64,000 bases of DNA from Pseudomonadota bacterium (GCA_051750125.1 JBNJJK010000012.1:656-64655); one strand, 5' to 3'. Positions 48,728 through 59,718 are shown, counted from the first letter of the stretch. Made by a program: numbers and translations. Notes: generated from the sequence alone by a model not told the origin.

Positions 48728-49549
48728 ATGCGCGACTGTTTACCCCTTACCCGCTTGTCTCCACCCCGTTTGGCGTCACGCCCCTTGACCGTTCTGGGCA
48801 GCGCCGTCGCGGGCCTGCTTGTGATGCCGAACGTCCTGGCGGATTCGCTCCCCGCGCCGATCCAGGCCCTGGCGGATCAGGGGCTGGAGATCCACGGCGA
48901 GTTTGACGCTCCGGGTGGGCTGCGTGGATTTGGCGCCAGCCGCCAGGGCCAGGAAGTCACCCTGTACCTGACCCCGGATGGTGAGCACGCCATCACCGGC
49001 TCGCTCACCGACCAGGACGGCGACAATCAGCTCGAAGAAGATGCCCTGGATGAACACGTCCGCGCGCCGCTTGAAGCACAGACCTGGCAGCTGCTCGAAG
49101 ACAGCCACTGGATTCAGGATGGCGAGCGCGACGCCCCCCGGGTGATCTATACCTTTACCGACCCGAACTGCCCCTATTGCCAGGCCTTTTGGGAAGCGGC
49201 GCGGCCCTGGGTCGACGCGGGTGACGTGCAGCTTCGCCATATCATGGTCGGCATTCTGGCCGCCGACAGCCCCGGCAAGGCCGCAGCGCTGCTCGCAGCA
49301 GACGATCCAAGCGCCGCGCTGGCTGGCCACAAGCAAGGCGAGCGGGTCAGCGCCAGCGCCCAGCCCCGCGATATCGAAGAGCAGGTATACGCCAACAACC
49401 AGCTATTCGAAGGCCTGGGGCTCTACGCCACGCCGACCAGCGCCTTCAAGCGCCAGACCGATGAGGGCGTCACCCGTCTGGACCGCGTCGAAGGCATGCC
49501 GGATGACGAGCGCCTGGAAGAGATGATGGGCGGGCCGGCGCCCGAGTAA
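48728..49549 (+). CDS. dsbG: Thiol:disulfide interchange protein DsbG
   Basis: FTDPNCPYC, QLRHIMVG, ATP cis-Pro loop, signal peptide. Confidence 0.9.
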   Translation: MRDCLPLTRLSPPRLASRPLTVLGSAVAGLLVMPNVLADSLPAPIQALADQGLEIHGEFDAPGGLRGFGASRQGQEVTLYLTPDGEHAITGSLTDQDGDNQLEEDALDEHVRAPLEAQTWQLLEDSHWIQDGERDAPRVIYTFTDPNCPYCQAFWEAARPWVDAGDVQLRHIMVGILAADSPGKAAALLAADDPSAALAGHKQGERVSASAQPRDIEEQVYANNQLFEGLGLYATPTSAFKRQTDEGVTRLDRVEGMPDDERLEEMMGGPAPE

Positions 49550-49561
49550 GCGATAGCCTCG

Positions 49562-49981
49562 TCAGGCGATGCGCTTGGCGATCAACCAGCCCAGCACCAT
49601 GGTCGCCAGCATCGCCACCAGCGGTAATGTGGCGCCGCCCAGGGACGCAATGGCGGGCCCTGGGCAATAGCCTGATAGGCCCCAGCCCACGCCGAACAAC
49701 GCCGCGCCGCCAAGCAGTTTAGTGTCCAGGTCTCGTCTGCTGGGCAACTCAAAGCGCCCAGCCAGCATGGGTGCCGGCTGTTTCAGCACAAAGCGGTAGC
49801 CGATGAAGGTGGTCATGACCGCCCCGCCGAGCACGAACATCAACGTTGGGTCCCAATCACCGGCGACATCCAGGAAGCCAACCACCCTGGCCGGATCGGT
49901 CATGCCCGATACCGCCAGTCCCAGACTGAACAGCAGGCCGGCTACATAGCTCGCCATCAGGGTCAGATGCTTTTTTTTCAT
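49562..49981 (-). CDS. YeeE/YedE family (DUF6691-type) membrane protein
   Basis: [35 protein letters not shown]. Confidence 0.88.
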   Translation of the reverse strand: MKKKHLTLMASYVAGLLFSLGLAVSGMTDPARVVGFLDVAGDWDPTLMFVLGGAVMTTFIGYRFVLKQPAPMLAGRFELPSRRDLDTKLLGGAALFGVGWGLSGYCPGPAIASLGGATLPLVAMLATMVLGWLIAKRIA

Positions 49982-50439
49982 GCTCCACCTCCCAGGATGT
50001 GACGCACGACATAGACAGTCACCAGCGCGGCGATCAGGAACGTGACCGTTGCCGCCAACGAGCGCGGTGAGAGACGCGCCAGCCCGCACACCCCATGACC
50101 GCTGGTGCAGCCGCTGCCAAGCCCGGTGCCCAGCCCGACCAGCAGGCCGGCCACCAGCATCAGCGGCACGCCGCCCAGCGGCTGGCCGATCACCTCGCCG
50201 GGGTGATTGACGACATTGCCCCACCCATCGCCAAGCCCCATCAGCAGTAATGGCCCACTGACCAGGCCGACGAGAAACGCCACTCGCCAGGCGCTATCGC
50301 CCTTGGGCCGCTGGGCGATCAAGTTACCCACAATACCGCTGATCCCGGCGATGCGCCCGAGGCTTGCCATCAGCCAGACCGCTGAGATACCGATCAAGAT
50401 ACCGCCCACAAGCCCCTGCAGGCTCGATGCCAGTTCCAT
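49978..50439 (-). CDS. YeeE/YedE family sulfur-compound transport membrane protein
   Basis: [28 protein letters not shown]. Confidence 0.88.
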   Translation of the reverse strand: MELASSLQGLVGGILIGISAVWLMASLGRIAGISGIVGNLIAQRPKGDSAWRVAFLVGLVSGPLLLMGLGDGWGNVVNHPGEVIGQPLGGVPLMLVAGLLVGLGTGLGSGCTSGHGVCGLARLSPRSLAATVTFLIAALVTVYVVRHILGGGA

Positions 50440-50609
50440 GCTGCACTCCTCTTTTCGATTGCTTCTGCGATTGCTTCGCGGCGACGCCACGCTTATTTAA
50501 TTATAAGTTTATACTACAAATGAATATATGACCGAGATCACGCGTTAACAACCGTTTACTGACCACCTTCTGTTAAGATGCGCGCATTTGCTATTTGCAG
50601 GAGAGACCC

Positions 50610-51563
50610 ATGCTCGGCTGGTTCCCCGGACACATGAACAAGGCCCGCCGCCAGATCCAGGAGGTGCTGCCGGAAATAGACGTAGTCATCGAAGTGCTCG
50701 ATGCGCGTCTACCCTACTCCAGCGCCAACCCTATGCTGGCCGAGCTGACCCGCCATAAGCCGGTGCTCAAGATTCTGTCCCGGGCGGACTTGGCCGACCC
50801 GGAACGCACTGCCGAGTGGGTGGCGTTTTTCGACGCCCAGGACGACATGCGCGCACTGGCGGTGACCACCACCAACGCCCGCGAACTCAAGAAAATCCCC
50901 ACGCTGTGCCACGAGCTGGCTGGTGCGGTGCGTGCCGACCGGGACGTTCGGGTGATGGTCATGGGCATTCCCAACGTGGGCAAGTCGACGCTGATCAACG
51001 GCCTGGCGAAGCGAAAAATTGCCAAGACCGGCAACGAGCCGGCGGTGACCAAGCGCCAGCAAAAAGTCCGCATCGATGGTCGCGTGGCGCTGGTCGATAC
51101 CCCCGGGGTGCTGTGGCCCAAGATCGAAGACCAGGCCAGCGCCTACCGGCTGGCCGCCAGCGGGGCGATTCGCGATACCGCAATCGAGTACACCGACGTG
51201 GCCATCGTCACCAGCGCCGAGTTGGCCAAGCGCTACCCGGACGCGCTGACCGCCCGCTACAAGCTCAAGGCGCTGCCCGCTTACGCGCCGCCCAGCACCG
51301 ACGAGGTCGATGCCGACGGCCCGCAAAAGCCTGATTTCCTGGCAATTGCAGGCTTTGACGGCTACGCGATCCTCAAGGAAATCGCCGGCAAACGCGGCGG
51401 CCTGCGTCCCGGCGGCGAAGTCGACCTGCACCGCGGTGCCGAGGTCTTGCTGCACGAGCTGCGCGACGGCAAGCTAGGCAGGCTGACGCTGGAAACGCCC
51501 GACGATATTCCGCCGCCGCCCGCACTCGACGACGAAGACAGCGCCTCGCATTCCGACGCATAA
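50610..51563 (+). CDS. ylqF: Ribosome biogenesis GTPase YlqF/RbgA
   Basis: WFPGHM, DARLP, GIPNVGKST, DTPG. Confidence 0.93.
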   Translation: MLGWFPGHMNKARRQIQEVLPEIDVVIEVLDARLPYSSANPMLAELTRHKPVLKILSRADLADPERTAEWVAFFDAQDDMRALAVTTTNARELKKIPTLCHELAGAVRADRDVRVMVMGIPNVGKSTLINGLAKRKIAKTGNEPAVTKRQQKVRIDGRVALVDTPGVLWPKIEDQASAYRLAASGAIRDTAIEYTDVAIVTSAELAKRYPDALTARYKLKALPAYAPPSTDEVDADGPQKPDFLAIAGFDGYAILKEIAGKRGGLRPGGEVDLHRGAEVLLHELRDGKLGRLTLETPDDIPPPPALDDEDSASHSDA

Positions 51564-51621
51564 TGGCGCATCGACCGGCAATACCGCGCGGCCACTGGAC
51601 ACTTTTTGGAAATAACGGCTC

Positions 51622-52869
51622 ATGGACACCCCGCAATCACAAGAACCGCCCACGCTTAAAAAATCGCACAAGCTGAGTAACGTCTGCTACGACATCCGCG
51701 GCCCGGTACTCGACCACGCCAAGCGCCTGGAAGAGGAAGGCCAGCGGATTCTCAAGCTGAACATCGGCAACCCCGCGCCGTTTGGCTTCGAGGCCCCGGA
51801 AGAAATTCTTCAGGACGTGATGCGCAACCTGCCCACCGCCCAGGGCTATTGCGATTCCAAAGGCCTTTACTCGGCGCGCAAGGCGATCATGCAGGAATGC
51901 CAGCGCAAGGAGATACCCGGCGTCGGCATCGAAGACATTTACATCGGCAACGGCGTGTCGGAGCTGATCGTGATGGCCATGCAGGCGCTGCTCAACGACG
52001 GCGATGAAGTGCTGATTCCGGCGCCCGATTACCCACTGTGGACTGCCGCCGCCCATCTGTCCGGCGGGCACGGGGTGCATTATCTGTGCGATGAGCAGGC
52101 CGACTGGGCGCCGGACATGGACGACATTCGTGCCAAGATCACCAGCCGCACCCGGGCCATTGTGCTGATCAACCCCAACAACCCCACCGGCGCGGTTTAT
52201 CCGCCCGAGGTGGTACGCGAAGCGCTAGCCATCGCCAAGCAGCACAACCTGGTGGTGTTTTCCGACGAGATCTACGACAAGATTCTCTACGACGGCGTCG
52301 AGCACACCGCCACCGGCGCGCTGGCCGACGACGACCAGTTGGTCATCACCATGAACGGGCTGTCGAAAAGCTACCGCTGTGCCGGGTTCCGCTCGGGCTG
52401 GATGACTATTTCGGGCACTATCGCCAAGCTCCACGCCCGCGACTTCATCCAGGGGCTGACCATGCTGGCCTCGATGCGCCTGTGTGCCAACGTACCCGCC
52501 CAGCATGCCATTCAAACGGCGCTCGGCGGCTATCAGTCGATCAACGATCTGATCCTGCCCGGCGGTCGCCTGCTGGCGCAGCGCGACATCACCGTGGAGA
52601 AGCTCAACGCCATTCCCGGGGTTTCCTGCGTGACGCCCAAGGGGGCGCTGTATGCGTTCCCGCGTCTCGACCCCAAGGTGTTCAACATCAAGGATGACCA
52701 GCAGCTGGTACTCGATCTGCTGCTTCAGGAAAAAATCCTGCTGGTTCAGGGCACGGCATTCAACTGGCCAGAGCCCGACCACGTGCGCATCGTCACCCTG
52801 CCCTGGGCAGATCAGCTGGGTGATGCGCTGGATCGCTTCGCGAATTTTCTGGCGCGCTACCGGCAGTAA
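51622..52869 (+). CDS. alaA: Alanine transaminase (class I PLP aminotransferase)
   Basis: YDIRGPV, LKLNIGNP, NPNNPTG, DEIYDK, GLSKSYR, GFRSGW. Confidence 0.92.
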   Translation: MDTPQSQEPPTLKKSHKLSNVCYDIRGPVLDHAKRLEEEGQRILKLNIGNPAPFGFEAPEEILQDVMRNLPTAQGYCDSKGLYSARKAIMQECQRKEIPGVGIEDIYIGNGVSELIVMAMQALLNDGDEVLIPAPDYPLWTAAAHLSGGHGVHYLCDEQADWAPDMDDIRAKITSRTRAIVLINPNNPTGAVYPPEVVREALAIAKQHNLVVFSDEIYDKILYDGVEHTATGALADDDQLVITMNGLSKSYRCAGFRSGWMTISGTIAKLHARDFIQGLTMLASMRLCANVPAQHAIQTALGGYQSINDLILPGGRLLAQRDITVEKLNAIPGVSCVTPKGALYAFPRLDPKVFNIKDDQQLVLDLLLQEKILLVQGTAFNWPEPDHVRIVTLPWADQLGDALDRFANFLARYRQ

Positions 52870-53016
52870 TCCCGGCTCGCCGATAAACCGTCGCCACGCC
52901 CACTTGAAACCTGAACGTGGCGGACGTATCTAAACAAACCAGTACGACACGACGGCGACTGGCCTATTCAACGCAGTCAAACACTAGACGGTTACACCCA
53001 AGGGAGAATCCGCCAC

Positions 53017-53922
53017 ATGATGCGCATATTGCTGTTTTTAGGCACCAACATTGCGGTGTTGTTGGTTGCCAGCCTGACGCTACGATTGCTCGGGGTCGAA
53101 AGCTATCTCAACGCCCAGGGCATCAACTTCACCAGCCTGCTGATTTTCTGCTTTATCTTCGGCATGGCCGGGTCAATGATCTCGCTGTTCATATCGAAGT
53201 GGATGGCTAAGCGAAGTACCGGCACGGTGATCATCGAAAAGCCGTCCAACTCCACGGAGCAGTGGCTGCTCGACACAGTAGCTGAGCTTGCCCATGAAGC
53301 AGGCATCAAGACCCCGGAAGTGGGTATCTTTCCAGCCCAGCAGTCCAACGCCTTCGCCACGGGCTGGAACAAGGACGATGCCCTGGTCGCGGTATCCGCC
53401 GGCCTGTTGAATCGCATGCGCCCCGAGGAAGTGCGCGCCGTGCTGGCCCACGAAATCGGCCACGTGGCCAACGGCGACATGGTCACCCTGGCGCTGATCC
53501 AGGGCGTGGTGAACACCTTCGTGATGTTCTTTGCCCGCGTCGTCGCCCACCTGATCGACGGCTTCCTGAAAAGCCGCAGCGATGGTGAAGGCGGTCTCGG
53601 TTTCATGGGCTACTTTGCCGTGGTCATGGTGGCCGAGATTATCTTTGGCATCGCGGCGTCAGCCATCGTCGCCTGGTTCTCGCGCTTTCGCGAATACCGT
53701 GCCGACGAAGCTGGCGCACGGCTTGCCGGCACCGGCGCCATGGTCAATGCCCTGGCACGCCTGAAAGCCGAAACCGAACTCCCCGACCAAATGCCCGATA
53801 CGCTCCGCGCCATGGCCATCACCAAGGGACAGACACGCTCGCTGGTCGAGCGGCTATTTGCCAGTCACCCGCCGCTGGACGATCGCATACGCGCGCTGAA
53901 AGAAGCTGCCTATCGCCAATGA
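53017..53922 (+). CDS. htpX: Protease HtpX
   Basis: [28 protein letters not shown]. Confidence 0.95.
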   Translation: MMRILLFLGTNIAVLLVASLTLRLLGVESYLNAQGINFTSLLIFCFIFGMAGSMISLFISKWMAKRSTGTVIIEKPSNSTEQWLLDTVAELAHEAGIKTPEVGIFPAQQSNAFATGWNKDDALVAVSAGLLNRMRPEEVRAVLAHEIGHVANGDMVTLALIQGVVNTFVMFFARVVAHLIDGFLKSRSDGEGGLGFMGYFAVVMVAEIIFGIAASAIVAWFSRFREYRADEAGARLAGTGAMVNALARLKAETELPDQMPDTLRAMAITKGQTRSLVERLFASHPPLDDRIRALKEAAYRQ

Positions 53923-54012
53923 TGGGTTAGCTCATGGTGCACAGAGGCCCGCTTGGTAGCGGGCCTCGTTGTTTTCAGCCTTTGTGCAGGTGCCTGAGAG
54001 ACGGGACCAGGA

Positions 54013-55161
54013 TCATGGCAAGCGGCTAACCTGAAATCCCGCTGCGTTGAGCGGCGCATAAAGCGACGTTGCATCACCGGCCAATTGGACATCGAGCGTC
54101 GCGAACTCACGGCGCAGCGGATAATCCGCGCGGCAGCGGTCAAACCCTCGCGCCATGCCCAACCGCAATACCTCACGCTGCAGGCTGTCGTGATCCCTGC
54201 GTGTATCGTAGACCGCCCGGGCGCAAAGCCTCAGCGCGTCATCCACCGGCAGCGCCTGCTCAAGTCTGAGACTTGCCAGGGCAGGCGGCGGGCTCAAATC
54301 GCTAAACGCCAGGCGGGTCGGCGCATCCAGATGGCGTGCCAACGCCTGATGGATCATCCAACTGCCCCGCAATTTGCCATCCAGGCTGTAGCCCGCGATA
54401 TGCGGGGTTGCCAGTGCCGCCAAGTCCCGCACGCTGGGATCAATCGCCGGTTCCTGCTCCCAGACGTCCAGCACGGTAGTGATATCCCCCTTGCCCGACA
54501 GACGGCCGCGTAACGCCAGGCCATCGATACAATCGCCCCGCCCGGCGTTGAGCAGCACACATCCCGAAGAAAGCTCGTTGATCCGCTGGGCATCCAGCAA
54601 ATGCTCGGTGGCGTGGAGGCCTGACGTCACCAGCGGGGTATGCAGGCACAGCACGTCGCAGCGGGCGATGAGCTCATCCAGCTCGGCAAACCCCTCGGCG
54701 CCCTCGCGCTCAGCTCTGGGCGGGTCGCAAGCCAGCACCGCAAGCCCCAGGCCGGTCAAACGCGCCAGCAGCCGGCTGCCCACGTTCCCCACGCCCACAA
54801 TGCCCACGGTGCGCTCGGCGAGTATCCAGCCCTCGCGCTCGGCAAGTGTCAGCAGGCTACTCAAGACGTAATCCACAACGGCCTCGGCGTTGCAGCCCGG
54901 CGCACTGGCAAAACCGATGCCCTGCTCGGCCAGGAACGCCTGATCGACGTGGTCGGTGCCGATGGTGCAGGTGCCGACAAACCCCACACGACTACCGCCA
55001 AGCAGCGCCTGGTCGACCTGGGTGACCGAGCGCACGATCAAGGCATCGGCGTCCGCCACATCGGCGGCGCTTATTTCACGCCCGGCCACCCGGGTCAGCG
55101 TGCCAAAGGCCCCAAAGCACGCCTCGGCGGCGGGGATATTCGCGTCGACAACAAGTTTCAT
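54013..55161 (-). CDS. pdxB: 4-phosphoerythronate dehydrogenase
   Basis: VDANIP, VRSVT, TIGTDH, GCNAEAV, LHTP, LDVWE, TPHIAGYS. Confidence 0.95.
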   Translation of the reverse strand: MKLVVDANIPAAEACFGAFGTLTRVAGREISAADVADADALIVRSVTQVDQALLGGSRVGFVGTCTIGTDHVDQAFLAEQGIGFASAPGCNAEAVVDYVLSSLLTLAEREGWILAERTVGIVGVGNVGSRLLARLTGLGLAVLACDPPRAEREGAEGFAELDELIARCDVLCLHTPLVTSGLHATEHLLDAQRINELSSGCVLLNAGRGDCIDGLALRGRLSGKGDITTVLDVWEQEPAIDPSVRDLAALATPHIAGYSLDGKLRGSWMIHQALARHLDAPTRLAFSDLSPPPALASLRLEQALPVDDALRLCARAVYDTRRDHDSLQREVLRLGMARGFDRCRADYPLRREFATLDVQLAGDATSLYAPLNAAGFQVSRLP

Positions 55162-55245
55162 AGGCGTTTTCTTATCCGAGCTTTACAATGTGCCCGCAAC
55201 GGCTTGTGGTGCAGGCAGGTCCAAGAGGCAGTTAAGGAGAATGTT

Positions 55246-55527
55246 TTGATCGTACGCTGGGAAACCGACCATGACTACGTGCTGGTGCACATTCACCAGG
55301 ACATGCTGGGCGACTGGATTTTTAGCCGCGCCTGGGGGCAGATCGGCACCCAGTTCGGCGGTCTGAAGCATCAACTGGCCGACACCCTGGCCCAGGCCCA
55401 CATGTGGCTGGAAGATGAAACTACCATTCAGGCGTCGCGAGGCTTTCGCAAGGTGCTGGATGTGGCCGACCATACCCCGGAAGGCCAGGAAGCCATGCGC
55501 CAGCTATCGCTGCTCGACGCCTTCTGA
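55246..55527 (+). CDS. Small WGR-domain-like protein (TTG start; not called separately in the ORF track)
   Basis: AAGGAG RBS before TTG 55246; QDMLGDWIFSRAWGQIG matches the WGR pattern DLFGxW..RxWGRIG. Confidence 0.7.
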   Translation: MIVRWETDHDYVLVHIHQDMLGDWIFSRAWGQIGTQFGGLKHQLADTLAQAHMWLEDETTIQASRGFRKVLDVADHTPEGQEAMRQLSLLDAF

Positions 55528-55546
55528 TGCCGATCATCCCAGCCCA

Positions 55547-55882
55547 TCACCCCATAAAACGCCGCCCTCGGCGCTGATGCGCCCCCTTCGGCGGCGAGAC
55601 AGCCCCAGGTTCGGTGAGTGCTTTCAGGGCCGCCTCATCAAGCCACCCCTGCCAGCGCAGCCAGTCGCTCAAGCGACCGAGCTCGATGCTGCCTGCAAGC
55701 TCCCGTCCCGCCTCGTCCGCCAGGACGGGAATGCAGTCGCCGTAGCGCGCCAGCAGCGTTTCATCGTCACTCACCTCGACCCGCTGCCAGGCAACCGGCT
55801 GTAACGTCAACGCCTCCACCCGCGCCTCAAGTTCGGCGCAGAGGTGGCAGCCCTGCGTGGTATAAAGCGTTAATCGAATCAT
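55547..55882 (-). CDS. Glutaredoxin-like protein (DUF836)
   Basis: LTLYTTQGCHLC, RYGDCIPVL. Confidence 0.8.
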   Translation of the reverse strand: MIRLTLYTTQGCHLCAELEARVEALTLQPVAWQRVEVSDDETLLARYGDCIPVLADEAGRELAGSIELGRLSDWLRWQGWLDEAALKALTEPGAVSPPKGAHQRRGRRFMG

Positions 55883-55905
55883 CTCGCTTTCCCCGCCAAA
55901 ACACG

Positions 55906-58101
55906 TCAATCCCGATGACGCAGCAGGAACACATGGTGAGCGTTGCTGCGCCGCTGGAAATCCGGATCAAAGGTGCGCGCGGTAATCTCCTCCACCGCAA
56001 ACTGCTCGCTCAGCGACGCATCCAGCTTGAAGCGCCGCTGGTTGTTGGAGAACACCAGGGTGCCGCCGGGCGCCAGGCGCGCCATAGCCAGCTCCACCAG
56101 CCGTGGATGGTCGCGCTGCACGTCCAGCGTATCGCGCATCTTCTTGGAATTGGAAAACGTCGGCGGGTCCATGAAAATCAGATCGAACTCGGCGTTGGCG
56201 GTTTCCAGCCAGCGGAAGCAGTCGTCACGCACCACCCGATGCAGCCGCGGATCCAACTTGTTAAGGGCAAAGTTATCCCGCGCCCATTCCAGGTAGGTAT
56301 TGGACATATCCACGCTGACGCTGTCGCTGGCACCGCCCAGGGCGGCCTGTACGGTGGCGGTAGCGGTATAACAGAACAGGTTCAGGAAGCGTTTGCCATC
56401 GGCCATCTCACCCAGCATCCGCCGTACGGGGCGATGGTCGAGGAACAGCCCGGTATCCAGGTAATCGCGCAGGTTCACCCACACCCGAGCAGGGCCCTCT
56501 TGTACCTCGAAGCGCTCGCCGCTGGCCTCGCGCTTCTGGTACTGGGCGCTGCCGGTTTGCCGCTCGCGGCGCTTGACATGAATCTTGCCGGGGTCGACGC
56601 CCAGTGCATCGGGCATGACTTCCAGCGCATCGAACAGACGCTTTTGTGCCTGAGCGGGGTCCACCGAACGCGGCGCGGCGTATTCCTGTACATGGACTCG
56701 ATCGGCGTACCGATCGACCGCCAGGGCGTATTCCGGCATATCGGCATCGTACAGCCGGTAGCAACTTTCACCGCTTTGCTTCAGCCACTTTTTTAGCCGC
56801 TTCTGGTTTTTGGCCAGCCGGTTGGCAAACATCTGCGCATTGTCCGATACCTTGGGTGCGGTGCTCGCTTCAGTGCCAGGGGACTCAGCGCCTGCCGTAT
56901 CCTGCGGAGTATGGGGGTCAATGGCCATCAACAACAGCTTGGCGTCCAGCGCGCCGTTTTTCAGCGCGTACTGCTTATGGGCGCGCAGACCGAGACGGTG
57001 GCCGAGGTCCGGATTGCCGGTGAACACCGCAAGCGTCCACCCGGGGAACAGCGCCTTGGCCTTGTCACCCAGCTGTGCGTAGAGCTGCACCAGCTCGGGC
57101 AGTTCGCCCAGGCGTTCGCCGTAGGGCGGGTTGGTGATCAATAGCCCCTGTTCGGCGGTCAGCTCTGCAGGCCGCGTCAACTGTGAAAGCCTTTGGCCGT
57201 GGAGATGAATCAGCGCCGGAATACCGGCGCGCATGGCGTTGGCCTTGGCGGCCGACAGCGCCGCCGGGCTTTCATCGAAGCCTGCGAGATGGGTCTTGCA
57301 GCGCTTGCGGCCAATCGATGCTCGGGCGTCGGCCTCGCGTTTCAACTCATGCCAGAGCGCTTCGTCGTGGCCCGCCCAGCCGTGAAAACCAAAACGCTCG
57401 CGGTGCAGGTTAGGCGCTTGGTCGGCGGCCATCAGTCCGGCCTCGATTAGCAGGGTTCCCGCGCCGCACAGCGGGTCGATCAGCGGTTCGCCCGCTTTGG
57501 CACGCTCCGGCCAGCCGGCGCGCACCAGCAGTGCCGCGGCCAGGTTTTCTTTCAGCGGTGCGTGGCCCACGTCGCGCCGGTAGCCACGCCGGTGCAGGCT
57601 TTCCCCCGAGAGGTCGATACCCAGTGTCGCGTTGGCCCGGTGCAGGTGGGCATAAAGGCGCAGGTGCGGGGTCTTGGTATCAATCGTGGGGCGTTCCTGG
57701 CCGGCCAGCTGCAATGCGTCCACCACGCCGTCCTTGACGGTCTGGGCGCCAAAGCGCGTGTGGCGGATATGCTCGCTGCGGCCATGAAAGTCCACCGCCA
57801 GGGTCTTGCCCGGGGCTATTTGCCGGGTCCAGTCTAGCCGTGCGACCACGTCGCGCAGCTGCTCGGGGGTCTCGATCATCGGCTCACGCGCAAGGATCAG
57901 GACAATGCGGTTGGCAAGCCGCGACCACAGGCAGACACGGTAGGCGACGGACTGATCCGCCGTGAAATAGACGCCTGCCACGGTGGTTTTACCGGGGGTG
58001 GCGCCCAGCGCTGCCAGTTCGTCGGCAAGCAGGCTCTCGATGCCCTTGGGACACGTCGCCAGCAGGTTGAAGGGGGCGGTTGGGCTCGACTCGGTCATCA
58101 T
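55906..58101 (-). CDS. rlmL: Bifunctional 23S rRNA methyltransferase RlmKL
   Basis: LHRRGYR, APLKENLA, DPLCGAGT, NPPYG, DTGLFLDHR, DPPTFSNSK. Confidence 0.96.
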   Translation of the reverse strand: MMTESSPTAPFNLLATCPKGIESLLADELAALGATPGKTTVAGVYFTADQSVAYRVCLWSRLANRIVLILAREPMIETPEQLRDVVARLDWTRQIAPGKTLAVDFHGRSEHIRHTRFGAQTVKDGVVDALQLAGQERPTIDTKTPHLRLYAHLHRANATLGIDLSGESLHRRGYRRDVGHAPLKENLAAALLVRAGWPERAKAGEPLIDPLCGAGTLLIEAGLMAADQAPNLHRERFGFHGWAGHDEALWHELKREADARASIGRKRCKTHLAGFDESPAALSAAKANAMRAGIPALIHLHGQRLSQLTRPAELTAEQGLLITNPPYGERLGELPELVQLYAQLGDKAKALFPGWTLAVFTGNPDLGHRLGLRAHKQYALKNGALDAKLLLMAIDPHTPQDTAGAESPGTEASTAPKVSDNAQMFANRLAKNQKRLKKWLKQSGESCYRLYDADMPEYALAVDRYADRVHVQEYAAPRSVDPAQAQKRLFDALEVMPDALGVDPGKIHVKRRERQTGSAQYQKREASGERFEVQEGPARVWVNLRDYLDTGLFLDHRPVRRMLGEMADGKRFLNLFCYTATATVQAALGGASDSVSVDMSNTYLEWARDNFALNKLDPRLHRVVRDDCFRWLETANAEFDLIFMDPPTFSNSKKMRDTLDVQRDHPRLVELAMARLAPGGTLVFSNNQRRFKLDASLSEQFAVEEITARTFDPDFQRRSNAHHVFLLRHRD

Positions 58102-58441
58102 AATGGCTGCGCGTAACCGCGCGTATTTCCTATATATGGCAAATGAGTTTACGTCTTATGACAATTTGATGGTCGACAAGTGACCCCATCATGGTCTAAC
58201 AATAAGAGAGTAGCTACTGAAAACGCATGCGTTGCCTGTCAGGGTCTCAACGACCTATGGCGTTAACGAACCAGCCGTCCGGTGGGTTCAGCACGTGAGT
58301 GCTAGACCGTTTCGTCGGCGTGGCGGTTCACTCTTGAGGTCAGCTCTCGAAATAGTGGCGGCGAGACATAGGGGCGGTTGGCCCTGTATCACGTCCCCCG
58401 TTATTTCTTCTCAAAGGCTTTCATGAAAAAGAGGTTAGCCA

Positions 58442-58651
58442 ATGAAACGACAAAAACGTGATCGCTTCCAGCGGGCTTATGTCCACGGCTACAAAGCGGG
58501 CATTACGGGTCGCTCCCGTGATGATTGTCCCAGTCAAGAGGTCAATTTACGCGAATACTGGATGAGCGGTTGGCGTGAAGGTCGCGGCGACCAATGGGAC
58601 GGCATGACCGGTGTGTCCGGCATCCACAAAAATCCCATGGTAATGACTTAA
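58442..58651 (+). CDS. rmf: Ribosome modulation factor
   Basis: MKRQKRDRFQRAYVHGYKAGITGRS, WMSGWREG. Confidence 0.95.
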   Translation: MKRQKRDRFQRAYVHGYKAGITGRSRDDCPSQEVNLREYWMSGWREGRGDQWDGMTGVSGIHKNPMVMT

Positions 58652-58679
58652 CCCTTTACCTTAATTTTGAACATAGCAT

Positions 58680-58706
58680 AAGCCCGCTCAAGCCAGCGGG
58701 CTTTTT
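58680..58706. terminator. Intrinsic terminator between rmf and pyrD
   Basis: AAGCCCGCT-caagcc-AGCGGGCTT followed by TTT. Confidence 0.8.
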
Positions 58707-59718
58707 ACTGCTCCTTCAACGCCTTGGCACATTCGCTTACCAGCTTTGGCCCGCGGTATATCAGCCCCGAATAGAGCTGCACCAGATCCGCACCGGCAGC
58801 GCGCTTGGCAATGGCGGCCTCGCCGCTGTCGATGCCTCCCACGCCAATAATCGGCAGCGCAGGCAACTGCTCACGCAATAATCGGATCACCCGGTTCGAC
58901 GCTTCAAATACCGGCTTACCCGAAAGCCCTCCGGCTTCGTCCGCCTGCGGGTCGCCCTGCACCCCTTCCCGAGACACCGTGGTGTTGGTGGCGATAACCC
59001 CATCGAAGCCATTGCGCTCGATGCTGCCCGCCACCAGCGCCACCTCCTCGTCGGTCATATCCGGGGCGATTTTCACCAGCAGCGGCACCCGACGGCCAAC
59101 GTGCTCATCAAGGGCCAGGCTACGCGCCCTGATGGGCCCTAAAAGTCCATCCAGCTGGGCACCAAACTGCAGCGTGCGCAGCCCCGGCGTATTGGGCGAG
59201 GAGATATTCACGGTCACGTAATCGGCGACCCCGTGAACCGCTTCCAGACAGGCCAGATAGTCGTCAAGCGCCGCGTCTACCGAGGTGGTCAGGTTCTTGC
59301 CGATGTTGATGCCCACCACGCCGTCGTAATGACGCTTTTTCACCTGCGCAACCAGATGCGCAACGCCACGGTTATTGAACCCGAAGCGGTTGATGATCGC
59401 CTCGTGCCCCGCCAGCCGAAACATGCGCGGTTTGGGGTTGCCCGGCTGGGCCTCTGGCGTCACCGTGCCGACCTCGATAAACCCGAAGCCAAGCTCACCC
59501 AGTGCATCCAGGTGATCGGCGTTTTTATCCAGCCCCGCCGCCAGGCCGACGCGGTTGGCAAAGCGCAGCCCCATCAGCTCGACCGGGTCATCCACCGGCG
59601 CCCCCACCAGTCGCTTGACGCTCCTCACCCGATGCAGCGAGTCCAGGGTGCCCAGCGCAATACCGTGAGCGGTTTCAGGGTCGAGGCGAAATAACAGCGA
59701 GCGAGCAAGGGCGTACAT
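58705..59718 (-). CDS. pyrD: Quinone-dependent dihydroorotate dehydrogenase
   Basis: GLAAGLDKN, INRFGFNN, NISSPNTPG, NTT, GGLSG. Confidence 0.96.
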   Translation of the reverse strand: MYALARSLLFRLDPETAHGIALGTLDSLHRVRSVKRLVGAPVDDPVELMGLRFANRVGLAAGLDKNADHLDALGELGFGFIEVGTVTPEAQPGNPKPRMFRLAGHEAIINRFGFNNRGVAHLVAQVKKRHYDGVVGINIGKNLTTSVDAALDDYLACLEAVHGVADYVTVNISSPNTPGLRTLQFGAQLDGLLGPIRARSLALDEHVGRRVPLLVKIAPDMTDEEVALVAGSIERNGFDGVIATNTTVSREGVQGDPQADEAGGLSGKPVFEASNRVIRLLREQLPALPIIGVGGIDSGEAAIAKRAAGADLVQLYSGLIYRGPKLVSECAKALKEQ

